From positions 1 through 64,000 of the forward strand of contig JANMLN010000124.1 in the NCBI GenBank assembly GCA_031372565.1: a stretch of DNA of 64,000 nucleotides, written 5' to 3'. Positions 26,821 to 37,534 of this stretch are shown piece after piece. How positions within the stretch are numbered: the first letter of the stretch is position 1; each line of letters starts with the position of its first letter. The DNA is from Gemmatimonadota bacterium (GTDB taxonomy: Bacteria; Gemmatimonadota; Gemmatimonadetes; Gemmatimonadales; Gemmatimonadaceae). The translations under genes were made by a program, and so were the position numbers. The notes under the pieces are model-generated. The model was not told where the DNA came from, made no database searches, and saw only the letters and a list, made by a program, of their open reading frames with translations.

Positions 26821-27720
26821 TCAGCCCGCGAGCTCCCGCAGCAGGGCGAGCATCCGCAGATCGTGCGGATCGGGGGTGTCATCGGCGTCACTCTCGGGTT
26901 CGCGCGCATTGGGCGTTTCGAGAATGAGCGGCACGCCCCGGGTGCGCGGGTCCGCCAACAGCCAGCGAAACGGCTCGATGCCGATCGTCCCCTCACCGAT
27001 GAGCATGTGGCGGTCCTTGTTCGACGCCAGCGCCCCCTGCGAGTCGTTCAGGTGGAAGAAGCCGGGCGGCTCCCCGGTGGCGCGCTCGAACTCGTCGAGA
27101 ATGGCCGTCACCGCCGCCGGCCCCGCGCCGAGGTCGTGCCCGCTCGCGTAGAGGTGGCAGGTGTCCAGTCCGTAGCCGGTGCGTGCCCGCAGCGCGGCCG
27201 GCACATGCTGCAGCATGAGCGCGATCTCGTCGGCGGTGCGGCCCATCGTGTGCCCCGCGCCGGCGGTGTTCTCGATGAGCAGCCGCGTGGGTCCGGCCGG
27301 CACCGCGGTGAGCGCCTGCGTGATGGCCGCCCCCGTGCGCGCGCAGGCCTCGTCACGACTCGACGCACCGGCGCTTCCCGGGTGAAAACAGACCGCCCCG
27401 ACGCCGTACGCACTCGACCGCTCGAACTCCTTGGCCAGCGCGGCTGCGGCCTTGGCCGCCTTCTCCGGCTCCGGCGACGCCGTGTTGAGCACGTAGCCCG
27501 CGTGCACCACGACGAAGCGCGGCTCGATGCCGGCCGCATCGAGCGCCGCACGGAACGCCGCGGCCTTGTCGGGCTTCACCCCCGCCTTCTCGTTGTAGAA
27601 GGTCGGCTTGGCGGTGAACAGCTGCAGCGCCTGCATCCCGGCCGTCCCGGCGCGGCGCGCCGCCATGGCAGGGCCGCCTGCATCGGCCGTATGCGCGCCG
27701 AAGTGGTGCGACGCGCTCAC
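26821..27720 (-). CDS. nfo: Endonuclease IV (AP endonuclease)
   Basis: HAGY..N, FHPG, LIENTAG, GLDTCHL, HLNDS, DRH, ILETP. Confidence 0.93.
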   Translation of the reverse strand: MSASHHFGAHTADAGGPAMAARRAGTAGMQALQLFTAKPTFYNEKAGVKPDKAAAFRAALDAAGIEPRFVVVHAGYVLNTASPEPEKAAKAAAALAKEFERSSAYGVGAVCFHPGSAGASSRDEACARTGAAITQALTAVPAGPTRLLIENTAGAGHTMGRTADEIALMLQHVPAALRARTGYGLDTCHLYASGHDLGAGPAAVTAILDEFERATGEPPGFFHLNDSQGALASNKDRHMLIGEGTIGIEPFRWLLADPRTRGVPLILETPNAREPESDADDTPDPHDLRMLALLRELAG

Positions 27721-28409
27721 GGAGCGTTCGGGTCCGTGACGGGGGTACCGGAGAGATCGATCATCCGTTCGCCATAGGCATACTCCACCGATCGCGGGCG
27801 CTCGAGCGAGTTGAGCCGCTTGGTGACGACGGCAATCCGGTTCGCCTGCTCCGCCACGACGGCCAGCGCCTCGGGCACTTCGTGCGGCTCGTAGAGCCCC
27901 TGCTGGATCAGCCCCACGACCGACAGCAGCGCCGCGAGCGGGTTGTTGATCTCGTGCTGCACGGCAATCGCCGTTTCGCCAATGCCGGCCAGGTAGCGCG
28001 CCTCGGTGAGTGCGTGCTCGGCGCGACGGCGCGTCTCTTCGGCCGCGATGCGCCGTTCGGCGATGCGCAGCCGCGTGAGGAACACCTGCGGGGTCAGCGG
28101 CTTCGAGACGTAGTCGTCGGCGCCGGCATCGAGCACGCGCGCGAGGTCGTCGGTGCTGTCCTTCGCGGTCACCATGAGGATGAACGACGTGCGGTCGGGA
28201 TCCTTGAGGCGAATGCGACGACAGACTTCGTCGCCCTCGACCTTGGGCATCACCCAGTCAAGGATCACCAGCTCGTGATGGCGCGCCTGCCACGCATCCC
28301 ACGCGGCCTGCCCGTCGTGCACCACTTCCGCCTCGTGCCCAGCCGCCTCGAGGAGGGTGCTGAGCAGGAGGCGCATCATCTCGTCGTCGTCGGCATAGAG
28401 GACCCGCAT
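27717..28409 (-). CDS. Response regulator: REC domain plus a HisKA-like helix pair, no ATPase domain
   Basis: ADDD, LDWVMP, GADDYVSKP, then QHEINNPL. Confidence 0.85.
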   Translation of the reverse strand: MRVLYADDDEMMRLLLSTLLEAAGHEAEVVHDGQAAWDAWQARHHELVILDWVMPKVEGDEVCRRIRLKDPDRTSFILMVTAKDSTDDLARVLDAGADDYVSKPLTPQVFLTRLRIAERRIAAEETRRRAEHALTEARYLAGIGETAIAVQHEINNPLAALLSVVGLIQQGLYEPHEVPEALAVVAEQANRIAVVTKRLNSLERPRSVEYAYGERMIDLSGTPVTDPNAP

Positions 28410-28540
28410 GCGCACAAATATGCAGAATGCGCGGCGCGTGGCGAGGGCGCGGCGCACAACCCCTGCGAGTCGCTCGCCCCGCCGATAGCTTCCGTGGCCA
28501 TGGAGTGTGCGTGATGCCGCTCCCGTTGCCCCGCCCGGCC

Positions 28541-30250
28541 ATGACTGCCACCGCGCCCGCCGCCTCCTCGCGCGCCGCCTCCAATGGCGCCGCTGCTTCG
28601 CCCGCGTCCACGCCGCCGCTGCCCGGCTTCACCGGCGTGCGCCGCGTGCCCACCGCGATCAACGAGCCGATCAAGGCGTACGCGCCCGGCTCCCCCGAGC
28701 GTACCGAACTCAAGGCGCGGCTCGCGAGCATGAGCACCGAGCGCCCCGACATTCCGGCGATCATCGGCGGCGAGGAAGTGCGCGTCGGCGCGGCACAGCG
28801 CGTCACCATGCCGCACGCGCACCAGCACGTGCTGGCCGACTGGCACCTGGGCGGCGCGGCGCAGGCGACGCTGGCCATCGAGCGGGCACTCGCCGCGCGC
28901 GCCGAGTGGGCGGACTGGAGCTGGGAAGATCGTGCCGCCGTGTTCCTCCGTGCGGCGGACCTGCTGTGCGGCCCGTGGCGGGCCACGCTCAACGCGGCCA
29001 CGATGCTCGGCCAATCCAAGAATGTCTTCCAGGCGGAGATCGACGCGGCCTGCGAGATGGCCGACTTCTTCCGCTTCAACGCGATGTTCGCGCAGCAGAT
29101 CTACGAGGAGCAGCCGGTCGCGGCACCGGGCGCGTGGAACGCGATGGACTACCGCGCGCTCGAGGGATTCGTGTACGCCGTGTCGCCGTTCAACTTCACG
29201 GCCATCGGGGGCAACCTGCCGACGTCGGCAGCGCTCATGGGCAACGTGGTGCTCTGGAAGCCGTCGAACGCGGCCATGCTCTCGTCGTACTACACGATCA
29301 AGCTGCTCGAAGCGGCGGGGCTGCCACCGGGGGTGATCAACTTCGTGCCGGGCGATCCGGTCGAGATCTCGAAAGTCGCGCTCGCGCACCGCGAGTTGGC
29401 GGGGGTGCACTTCACCGGCAGCACGACCGTGTTCAACTCGATGTGGGAGACGATCGGCCGCAACATGGGGTCGTACGCCTCGTACCCGCGCATCGTGGGC
29501 GAAACGGGAGGCAAGGACTTCATCCTCGCGCACCCGAGCGCCGATCCGCAGGTGGTGGCCGTGGCCGCGGTGCGCGGCGCCTACGAGTACCAGGGGCAGA
29601 AGTGTTCGGCGGCCTCGCGGCTGTACGTCCCCAGGTCGCTCTGGCCGAAGGTCAAGGAGGCGATGGCCGCGATGATCGCCGACATCAAGATGGGCGACAC
29701 GCGCGACTTCCGGAATTTCATGGGCGCCGTGATCGACAAGCGCGCGCACGACCGGATCAGCGGCTACCTCGCCGATGCCAAGGCGAATGCGACGATCGTG
29801 GCCGGGGGCGTGGCCGACGCAAGCACCGGCTGGTTCGTGCAGCCCACGCTCGTCGAAGCGAAGACGCCGGACTATCGCCTGATGTGCGAGGAGATCTTCG
29901 GCCCGATCCTCACCGCGTACGTGTACGACGACGCCAAGTGGCACGAGACGCTCGGCGTGATCGACCGGACGTCGCCGTACGCGCTGACGGGCGCGGTCAT
30001 TTCGCAGGATCGTGCCGCCCTGGGCGAAGCGACGCACGCGCTGCGCAACGCGGCCGGCAACTTCTACCTGAACGACAAGTGCACCGGCGCGGTGGTCGGG
30101 CAGCAGCCGTTCGGTGGTGCACGTGCGAGCGGCACGAACGACAAGGCGGGCTCCAAGTGGAACCTCATGCGCTGGGTGAGTCCGCGCACGATCAAGGAGA
30201 CCTTCGTGCCGGCCACGCAGTACACCTACCCGCACATGGCGGCCGAGTAA
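28541..30250 (+). CDS. pruA: L-glutamate gamma-semialdehyde (P5C) dehydrogenase
   Basis: NEP...YAPGSPER, PFNFTAI, FTGST, GETGGK, EYQGQKCSA, EEIFGP, SGTNDKAG. Confidence 0.95.
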   Translation: MTATAPAASSRAASNGAAASPASTPPLPGFTGVRRVPTAINEPIKAYAPGSPERTELKARLASMSTERPDIPAIIGGEEVRVGAAQRVTMPHAHQHVLADWHLGGAAQATLAIERALAARAEWADWSWEDRAAVFLRAADLLCGPWRATLNAATMLGQSKNVFQAEIDAACEMADFFRFNAMFAQQIYEEQPVAAPGAWNAMDYRALEGFVYAVSPFNFTAIGGNLPTSAALMGNVVLWKPSNAAMLSSYYTIKLLEAAGLPPGVINFVPGDPVEISKVALAHRELAGVHFTGSTTVFNSMWETIGRNMGSYASYPRIVGETGGKDFILAHPSADPQVVAVAAVRGAYEYQGQKCSAASRLYVPRSLWPKVKEAMAAMIADIKMGDTRDFRNFMGAVIDKRAHDRISGYLADAKANATIVAGGVADASTGWFVQPTLVEAKTPDYRLMCEEIFGPILTAYVYDDAKWHETLGVIDRTSPYALTGAVISQDRAALGEATHALRNAAGNFYLNDKCTGAVVGQQPFGGARASGTNDKAGSKWNLMRWVSPRTIKETFVPATQYTYPHMAAE

Positions 30251-31156
30251 GTGGAGTATCGCTTCATCACGGCCGACGTCTTCACGACGGTCGCGTTCGG
30301 GGGGAACCAGCTCGCGGTGCTCCCCGATGCGCGCGGCCTGACGACGGAGCAGATGCTCGCGATCACCCGCGAGTTCAACTACTCCGAGACGGTGTTCGTG
30401 CTGCCGCCGGAGCAGGGGGGCACGAAGCGACTGCGCATCTTCACGCCGGGCACGGAGATGCCGTTCGCGGGGCACCCGACCGTGGGCGCGGCGCATGTCC
30501 TCGCGACCACCGGCGACATCACGCTCACGGGGGCCGAGACGAAGATCGTGTTCGAGGAAGGGATCGGTCCCGTCCCGGTGACGATCCGCGCGGAGAACGG
30601 GGTGGTGACGTTCGCGCAGCTCTCTGCGGCCAAACTCCCCGAGTTCGGTCCGCCGCCGCCGACGCGGCAGACGCTGGCCGAGATGCTCTCGCTCGAGACG
30701 GACGATCTCGCGGGCGGGACGAGCCAGCCGCAGGCCGTGTCGTGCGGTGTGCCGTTTCTGTTCGTGCCGCTCAAGAATCGCGACGCGGTCGCGCGCTCGC
30801 GGGTACGCCTCGACAAGTGGGAGCCGGTGCTGTCGCGCTGGTGGGCGTCGTCGATCGTGGTCTTCTCACGCGACGCCGAGCAGCCCGGTCACGACGTGCG
30901 AGCGCGCATGTACGGCCCTGGACTGGGCGTGGCCGAGGATCCCGCCACCGGCGGCGCCGCGGTGGCGCTCGCGGGCTACCTCGCCTCGCGCGACAGCACC
31001 GCGGACGGCACGCTCCGCTGGGTGATCGAGCAAGGGTTCGAGATGGGGCGCCCGAGCATTCTCGAGATCGAGGCCGACAAAGTGAAGGGGCAGATCACCG
31101 CGGTGCGCGTCGGTGGGTCGAGCGTGCTGATGATGGAAGGGACGCTGCGCGTGTAA
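30251..31156 (+). CDS. PhzF-family isomerase
   Basis: DVFT....GGN.LAV, SETVF, RIFTP..E.PFAGHPT, EDPATG, QG.EMGRPS. Confidence 0.92.
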   Translation: MEYRFITADVFTTVAFGGNQLAVLPDARGLTTEQMLAITREFNYSETVFVLPPEQGGTKRLRIFTPGTEMPFAGHPTVGAAHVLATTGDITLTGAETKIVFEEGIGPVPVTIRAENGVVTFAQLSAAKLPEFGPPPPTRQTLAEMLSLETDDLAGGTSQPQAVSCGVPFLFVPLKNRDAVARSRVRLDKWEPVLSRWWASSIVVFSRDAEQPGHDVRARMYGPGLGVAEDPATGGAAVALAGYLASRDSTADGTLRWVIEQGFEMGRPSILEIEADKVKGQITAVRVGGSSVLMMEGTLRV

Positions 31157-31174
31157 GTCGCCCGGTCGCCGCTG

Positions 31175-32407
31175 CTACTTGGCGGCGCCCACCGGGATCA
31201 CCGCAGTCTTGACGCGCTGCGTGAGCGGATCCGCCCACACGATCATCGCCTCGTCGCCGCGCACCACGATGCGCGCGAAGCCGCTCGCCCGTTTGCCCCC
31301 CGCGAGCTTTGCCAGGTCCATCGCGGGTCCCTTCACGCCGGCCGCACTCACGCGCCGCAGTCGCAGCGCGCTCGTGTCGCCGCGCGTCTCGATCCACCCG
31401 ACCAGCGCATCACCCGCAGCGGTGAGCCCCAGTGACACGCGTCCCTCGGGACGCCCCTCGTGCACCTCGACCGGCGGGCCAAAGGTCTTGCCCGTATCCT
31501 GCGAGAAGGCGAGCCGCACGTGCGGCGTATCGTTTGGCGCGGTGAACCAGGCCAGCGCCACCGTGCCGCCCTGCGCCGCGATGCTCGGCCCGTTCACGGG
31601 GCAGCCCCGGATGACCCAGTTGTCCTTGTGCACGGGCACGCCAGGGTCGACAACCGTGCCGGTGATGCGCTGCACGTAGATGTCGCGTACCTCGCCGGCG
31701 GATCGGTCGCGGTAGGCGACGACGGCCACGCCGCGTGCATTCGTGGCAGCCGCCGTCTGACAGCAGTCGCAGATGCGCGTATCGATCGGGAACTCCGGGC
31801 TCGCGGCGCCCGTGGAATCGAGCGTCGAATACATGAGCTGCGTTTCGTGCCGGCTGCTGTCGGCCAGCGCATAGTTGCGCCCGTCGAGCCAGATGAGCCC
31901 GAGGCCATCGTCCTTCGGGAAGAACGACACGAACCCGTGCTCGGCCGCGATGCCGTCGTGGTGCACGGGGACGCTCGCACTCCAGGTGGCACCCGCATCG
32001 GTCGACGACGCCAGCATCAGGTCGTAGCCCTCCTTCACGCTCGACCCGCGCAGCCAGCCCGCCACCACGCGCCCGCTCGCCGTTTCCGCCGTGCGCGGGA
32101 TGTCGGCCCAATTCACCAGCAGATCGTTCGACCGGACCACCTCGCGCACGGGCCCCCACTGCCCGCGCTCGTGGGCCGCGACCTTGAGCGCGACGGTCGA
32201 GTCCGCAGCACGCTCGAGCCACGAGAGCCAGACCCGGCCGTCGCGACCGAGCGACAGACTCGGCTGCGCACTCCCGACGGGAGCGGGGTTGTCGAGCATC
32301 GTCGGCGCGGGCACGGGCGGTCGATCGCCGCAACTCGTAACGATCAGGCAACCCACCGTCACGCGACAGAACGTGACGATCGACCGAGTTGACAATGACA
32401 GACGCAT
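31175..32407 (-). CDS. Sialidase-like/BNR-repeat lipoprotein
   Basis: Lipobox-like VTSC, Asp-boxes STDAGATWS and SQDTGKTF, CDCC and GCPVNGP motifs. Confidence 0.75.
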   Translation of the reverse strand: MRLSLSTRSIVTFCRVTVGCLIVTSCGDRPPVPAPTMLDNPAPVGSAQPSLSLGRDGRVWLSWLERAADSTVALKVAAHERGQWGPVREVVRSNDLLVNWADIPRTAETASGRVVAGWLRGSSVKEGYDLMLASSTDAGATWSASVPVHHDGIAAEHGFVSFFPKDDGLGLIWLDGRNYALADSSRHETQLMYSTLDSTGAASPEFPIDTRICDCCQTAAATNARGVAVVAYRDRSAGEVRDIYVQRITGTVVDPGVPVHKDNWVIRGCPVNGPSIAAQGGTVALAWFTAPNDTPHVRLAFSQDTGKTFGPPVEVHEGRPEGRVSLGLTAAGDALVGWIETRGDTSALRLRRVSAAGVKGPAMDLAKLAGGKRASGFARIVVRGDEAMIVWADPLTQRVKTAVIPVGAAK

Positions 32408-32704
32408 CGGAACGAGGGCAGAATGTGGTGAACGTGCAACAGTGCGATGAGACAATATGCCACGTTCGTGAGGCCATGGCCTGTGTACGCGCCTCGTGAG
32501 CCCGCTCGAGCGACTGCGGCCCGATGTTTGCACTAGCTGTTCTGTGCAGTCTGCTCGTCGGACGGCAGTTGGTAAACGCACGGTCACAGACAGTCAGCGT
32601 GGGGCGTCGGGGCGGTTACCCGATGCGGGAGACCACGATGCAGAGCGGGGCGGGCCTCTGGTCGAGGTCCGCCCCGCGTTCTGTTTGCCACCGGCCTGCG
32701 TGCG

Positions 32705-35377
32705 CTAGAAGCGCACGTCGACCGAGAAGTCCACGCGGACCTGCTGCGTCGGGTAGATGCCGCGCGCGACATCGAAGCGCAGCAGGCCATCCAGCAGGCT
32801 CAGGCCGACCCCTGCCCCTGACAACGGACGGCCCGGCTCGTTCCACCCCTTCTTGCGCCCCGTCCAGCCGGCGTCGTAGTACACGCTCGAGCGGAACCCC
32901 GCGCCGCCGTACCCCAGCTCGGTACGCGTCAACCAGTAGGCGGTACCGCCGGGAGTGCCCACAATGCCGCCGCGGTCGGCCGCGGTGCCTGGCGCGAGGC
33001 CGCGCACGGTATGCAGGCCGCCCAGGTAGAACATGCGCTGCTGCGGCACGTCGCCGAATGCGGCGCCACCACCGGCCGTGACGGACAGACTGAGCGGGCC
33101 AAACAACGGATGCTGTGCTCCCATGTCGATCGCGCCGCGCTGGTAGCTCCAGTCGCCTGCGCCGAGTTCGGCGCGACCATCCGCGAAGAAGCGCCAACCG
33201 TTCGGATCAACGCCCGCCTCGCGCCGTACGCGCGTACTCGCTCCAAACACGTTGCCGGCACGGGCCGTGAGATTCGGCACGAAGCCGGGATCGTTGTCGC
33301 CACCGAACAGCGAACGGCGCGTCACGACGGGCATGTTGTCCTGCCGCTCGCCGAAGAGCCGCACCTCGAAGTCGGGCTTGGGATCGGTACGCCACACCAC
33401 TTCGGCGCCGGCGTTCCGGAAGTAGAACCCTTCGTCGCGCGCATACAGCGCGGCGGCCAGCGACGCGCCGAAGCCGAACGGACTGCCCCAGTCGTTGGCG
33501 ACCGTGGTCCGCCGGTACGCCGTGACGTCGATCGTGCGTCGTCCGTTTGACCGCTCCACGCCGGCTTCGCCGATGACGGTGGCTTCACCAAAGTTGTAGC
33601 GTGCCTGCGCGTGCCACGCGTAGCCACCGCCCAACAGCTGACGCGCGCCAAGCCCGCTCGACATTCCCTCGACGCGATTGAAGCGGAATGCCCCGTCGGC
33701 GAGTGCGGTCTGCCACTGGATCTTCTGCGGTGCGAAACCGGGCTGCAGCCCGAGGTCGAGCGCCTTGAGGAGTTCCTCGCGCTCCGCCGTGCCGAACAAC
33801 TCCTCCCCTGCGTCGTAGATCGACGGGGGCAGGTCCTTGGACACCGCGAGCACGGCGGTGTCGCATGGCGTGCGCACGGCCACGGGGAGCGTGCCGCCGT
33901 AGCGCAGCTCGGTTTTCACCGTGAAGCCGTTGTTGGCCGCGCACTCCGCGCGACGCGCGTCCTCGCGGGCCTTGATCCGCTCCTTGCGACGAAGCGCGCG
34001 CGCGGCGCGTGCGCTGTCGGTGTTCGAGCCCGGCTTGGCGTTGGGGCCCACTCCCGCGTCGGCCAGGATGCTGTCGCGACGCGCACGTGCAACGCTGTCG
34101 CGTACGGTGCGCGCACGCGGCGCGGTGCCCGTCTCCACGCTCGCGGACGCCCCGCGCGAGCCGATGCCGACCGTGACCGCGCGCGTGACAACGCTGTCGG
34201 CATCGGCATCGTCGTCGTCGGAGTTGTCCGGCACGTCACCAAACGCGCCGCCCGAGTTGGACGTGCCGTGTCGCTTGGCAGCGAGAATGACCGGCAGCGG
34301 CGCGTCGTCCTTGGCGTTGACACTCGTGTAGGTGTAGCGCTCTTCCATGCGCACCGGCAGGCGCATGAAGCTCACCTGCGCGAATGCCTCCATCGCCTGC
34401 GCGCGCGGCATCCAGACGCCGTTGAACAACCCGTACTCGATCGTGATCGACTGCAGGTCCACCTGCATCGGAAAGATGAACGGCTTCACGAACGCCGGAA
34501 TCTCGTCGATATCGGCCTTGTCGGACGAATCGCCCACTTCACGCGCCACCGCCATCGGGTCCATCGGCTGCGACAGGCGGTACACCGCGCGCACCAGCTG
34601 ACCGGAGCCCACATCGAACCAGAACGAACCGACGATCAGGTTCCAGCGTGGCTGCCGCGCCGTGATGCGCATCTCGCGCAGCCGGATGGTGCGATCCTTG
34701 GAGATGTTGATCGTCAGCGAGTCGCCGGTGGCATAGCGGTAGTACGCTTCGGAACCGGTGGCCAAGGGATGCACCATCTGCCGGTCATCGACCTGTGCAC
34801 GGGCAATCCCGCCGCCCATCCAGAGCGCTTCCTTGCCGGGGAACCAGGGGACGGGCGCCATGTCGCCCATTTCGCCACGCGACATTTCGCGCTCGGCCTC
34901 CTTGCCGCCGATGCCAGCGATCATCGGTACCACGGCACGCGATCCCGTGATCTCCATGTACAGCCCCACCGCGCGACTCCAGCGGACATGGGCCGAGTTC
35001 TCCACGCGGAAGGCCAGTCGATCACGCCCGAGCGCCTTGAAGCCGAGTCCCGCCGAGAGCCGCTGGTAGGTGGTGGCGTCGTACGCCGAGATGCCATCGT
35101 CGTTGCGAACGCGCGCGACACGCGCACGCTCCAACAGCTCACGCGCGCCCGCGTCCGCGAACGCGCTCGTCCGCATGGCCTCGGTCACCTCGACCCGACG
35201 CGCGCGTCCCTGCCGCTCGGTGCGCGCGCTGTCCCGGGCAATCCGCTGCTCGACGTCGCGCGGGCGCAGTGTGTCACCCGCCGTGACCCGGCGACGGCGT
35301 GCGGGTGTCGTGTCGCGGGCAACGGTCGGCGTCTGCGGCAGCGCCATCATGGCCGCGAAGACCAGCGTCGAGAACAT
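32705..35377 (-). CDS. Large outer-membrane protein with a C-terminal Omp85/ShlB-like beta-barrel
   Basis: Signal peptide, RFNRVEG, FYLGG..TVRG, terminal DVRF. Confidence 0.7.
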   Translation of the reverse strand: MFSTLVFAAMMALPQTPTVARDTTPARRRRVTAGDTLRPRDVEQRIARDSARTERQGRARRVEVTEAMRTSAFADAGARELLERARVARVRNDDGISAYDATTYQRLSAGLGFKALGRDRLAFRVENSAHVRWSRAVGLYMEITGSRAVVPMIAGIGGKEAEREMSRGEMGDMAPVPWFPGKEALWMGGGIARAQVDDRQMVHPLATGSEAYYRYATGDSLTINISKDRTIRLREMRITARQPRWNLIVGSFWFDVGSGQLVRAVYRLSQPMDPMAVAREVGDSSDKADIDEIPAFVKPFIFPMQVDLQSITIEYGLFNGVWMPRAQAMEAFAQVSFMRLPVRMEERYTYTSVNAKDDAPLPVILAAKRHGTSNSGGAFGDVPDNSDDDDADADSVVTRAVTVGIGSRGASASVETGTAPRARTVRDSVARARRDSILADAGVGPNAKPGSNTDSARAARALRRKERIKAREDARRAECAANNGFTVKTELRYGGTLPVAVRTPCDTAVLAVSKDLPPSIYDAGEELFGTAEREELLKALDLGLQPGFAPQKIQWQTALADGAFRFNRVEGMSSGLGARQLLGGGYAWHAQARYNFGEATVIGEAGVERSNGRRTIDVTAYRRTTVANDWGSPFGFGASLAAALYARDEGFYFRNAGAEVVWRTDPKPDFEVRLFGERQDNMPVVTRRSLFGGDNDPGFVPNLTARAGNVFGASTRVRREAGVDPNGWRFFADGRAELGAGDWSYQRGAIDMGAQHPLFGPLSLSVTAGGGAAFGDVPQQRMFYLGGLHTVRGLAPGTAADRGGIVGTPGGTAYWLTRTELGYGGAGFRSSVYYDAGWTGRKKGWNEPGRPLSGAGVGLSLLDGLLRFDVARGIYPTQQVRVDFSVDVRF

Positions 35378-35487
35378 GGCGTAGAACCGGAAGGTCGAGT
35401 GGACGGTGTCGAACGCCCATAGCCGTACGACGGAGCGTACCGGGCGGTTTCGACACGGGGCACACGCCGCGGATTATCTTTCGCTCC

Positions 35488-36432
35488 ATGTCTTCCGTCG
35501 CCAGCCCGCCCCGCGCGCTCGAGGTTCGCGGCCTGGTCAAGCGCTACGGCGACGTGACCGCGGTGGACGGCCTGGACCTCGAGATCTTTCCGGGCGAGTG
35601 CTTCGGCCTGCTGGGCCCCAACGGCGCCGGCAAGACCACCACGATCGAGATCTGCGAGGGACTCACCACCCCCGACAGCGGCCAGGTGACGGTGCTCGGC
35701 CGTCGGTGGGATCGCGACGAACAGGCGCTCCGCGAACGGCTCGGCATCGCCCTGCAGGAAACGCAGCTGTCCGACAAACTCTCGGTGCAGGAGACGCTCG
35801 AACTCTTCCGCTCGTTCTACAGCGACCCGCGCTCCGTCGACGAGGTCATCGACCTCGTCTCTCTCGACGAGAAGCGCACCGCGCGCGTGGTGGCGCTCTC
35901 GGGCGGGCAGAAGCAACGGCTCGCGGTCGCCTGTGCACTGGTCGGCAACCCCGAGCTGCTCTTTCTCGACGAGCCCACGACTGGACTTGACCCGCAGTCG
36001 CGGCGTCAACTGTGGGACATGGTCGAGCAGTTCAAGGCGACGGGCCGCACGGTGCTCCTCACGACGCACTACATGGACGAAGCCGAGCGCCTCGCCGATC
36101 GCGTGGCAGTGGTCGATCATGGCCGCGTCATCGCGCTCGGTACGCCGCGCGAACTGATCGACTCGCTCGGCGCCGAGCATGTGGTGGCCTTCTCGCTGGG
36201 ACATGACGCCACGGTCAGCCTCGACACCCTGCGCGCGGTGGAGGGGGTGCGCGCGGCGCGCCTCGATGCGGGCACCTACGAGCTGCAGGTGACGGCGGTG
36301 CATCAAGCGTTGCCGGCGTTGCTGGGCACCCTGCAGCGCAGCGGGCTCGAACTCGCCGAGCTGCGTACACACTCGCCGACGCTCGAAGACGTGTTCGTGT
36401 CGCTCACGGGCCGCGCGCTGCGGGACGGATAG
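35488..36432 (+). CDS. ABC-2 type ATP-binding protein
   Basis: GPNGAGKTT, LSGGQKQR, FLDEPTTGLD, TTH. Confidence 0.93.
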   Translation: MSSVASPPRALEVRGLVKRYGDVTAVDGLDLEIFPGECFGLLGPNGAGKTTTIEICEGLTTPDSGQVTVLGRRWDRDEQALRERLGIALQETQLSDKLSVQETLELFRSFYSDPRSVDEVIDLVSLDEKRTARVVALSGGQKQRLAVACALVGNPELLFLDEPTTGLDPQSRRQLWDMVEQFKATGRTVLLTTHYMDEAERLADRVAVVDHGRVIALGTPRELIDSLGAEHVVAFSLGHDATVSLDTLRAVEGVRAARLDAGTYELQVTAVHQALPALLGTLQRSGLELAELRTHSPTLEDVFVSLTGRALRDG

Positions 36433-36433
36433 C

Positions 36434-37534
36434 GTGACCGACGTCGTGCCCCCGCCCACGCGCACCGAGCCGCCGCCACGCGCACCTCGTGGCTGGCGTG
36501 ATCGATCCATCGTGCAGCTCACGCTGGTGCGCCTGCGCGAGTTCTTCCGTGAGCCCGAGGCGGTGTTCTGGACCTTCGGCTTTCCGCTGGTACTCGCGGG
36601 CGGGCTCGCCGTGGCGTTCCGCAACAAGCCGCCCGAAGCGGTACCTGTTGGCGTGGTCACCGGTGTGCCGGGGAGTGATCGGGCGCGTACGTCGCTCACA
36701 GGGACGGCTGGACTGATCGTCGACGCGTTGCCGCTCGACTCGGCGGTGCGCGCACTGCGCACCGGGTCGATTGCCGTGCTCGTGGTGCCGCAGGGCGACA
36801 GCGCGGTGGAGTACCGCTTCGACCGGGACCGTGCCGAAGCGCGCACCGCGCGACTGCTGGTGGACGAGGCGCTGCAGCGTGGCGCGGGCCGCACCGACCC
36901 GGTGCAGCGCCGCGAATCGCAGCTGAGCGAGCCGGGATCACGCTACATCGACTTCTTCATTCCCGGTCTCCTCGGGATGAACCTGATGGGGTCGAGCGTC
37001 TGGTCGATCGCGTTCGGCGTGGTGAATGCGCGCAGCAAGAAGTTGCTCAAGCGGCTCACGGCCACGCCGATGTCGCGTGCCGAGTACCTGCTGTCGTTCG
37101 TGTTGTCGCGGCTGATCTTTCTGGCGGCCGAAGTCGTCGCCATTCTCGGGCTCGGCGTCTTCGTGCTCGGCGTGCCGATGCGCGGGTCGCTGATGCTCAT
37201 GGCGGGGATCGCGTTGCTGGCGTCGTTCGCCTTCAGCGGGATCGGGCTGTTGGTCGCGTCGCGTGCCAGAACGGTGGAGGCCGCGAGCGGGCTGGCCAAC
37301 CTCGTGCTCTTCCCGATGTGGATCTTCTCGGGAGTGTTCTTCGCGTCCACGCGTTTCCCCGATGCGTTTCGCCCGTTCATCCAGGCGCTGCCGCTCACGG
37401 CGACCAATGACAGCCTGCGCGCCGTGATGCTGCAAGGCGCCGGCATCGGCGCGGTGTGGCCACAGTTGGCGGTGCTGACGGCGTGGCTGCTGATCTCGTT
37501 TCCGTTGGCATTGAGGTTGTTCCGTTGGCGGTAG
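36434..37534 (+). CDS. ABC-2 type permease
   Basis: REP.AVFW.F.FP, RYIDF..PG, LKRL.ATP, FSGVFF. Confidence 0.9.
   Translation: MTDVVPPPTRTEPPPRAPRGWRDRSIVQLTLVRLREFFREPEAVFWTFGFPLVLAGGLAVAFRNKPPEAVPVGVVTGVPGSDRARTSLTGTAGLIVDALPLDSAVRALRTGSIAVLVVPQGDSAVEYRFDRDRAEARTARLLVDEALQRGAGRTDPVQRRESQLSEPGSRYIDFFIPGLLGMNLMGSSVWSIAFGVVNARSKKLLKRLTATPMSRAEYLLSFVLSRLIFLAAEVVAILGLGVFVLGVPMRGSLMLMAGIALLASFAFSGIGLLVASRARTVEAASGLANLVLFPMWIFSGVFFASTRFPDAFRPFIQALPLTATNDSLRAVMLQGAGIGAVWPQLAVLTAWLLISFPLALRLFRWR

Noticed and set aside
28507..31212. 901-aa alternative-frame ORF
   Set aside because: Arg/Gly/Ala-rich off-frame reading of pruA and the PhzF gene.
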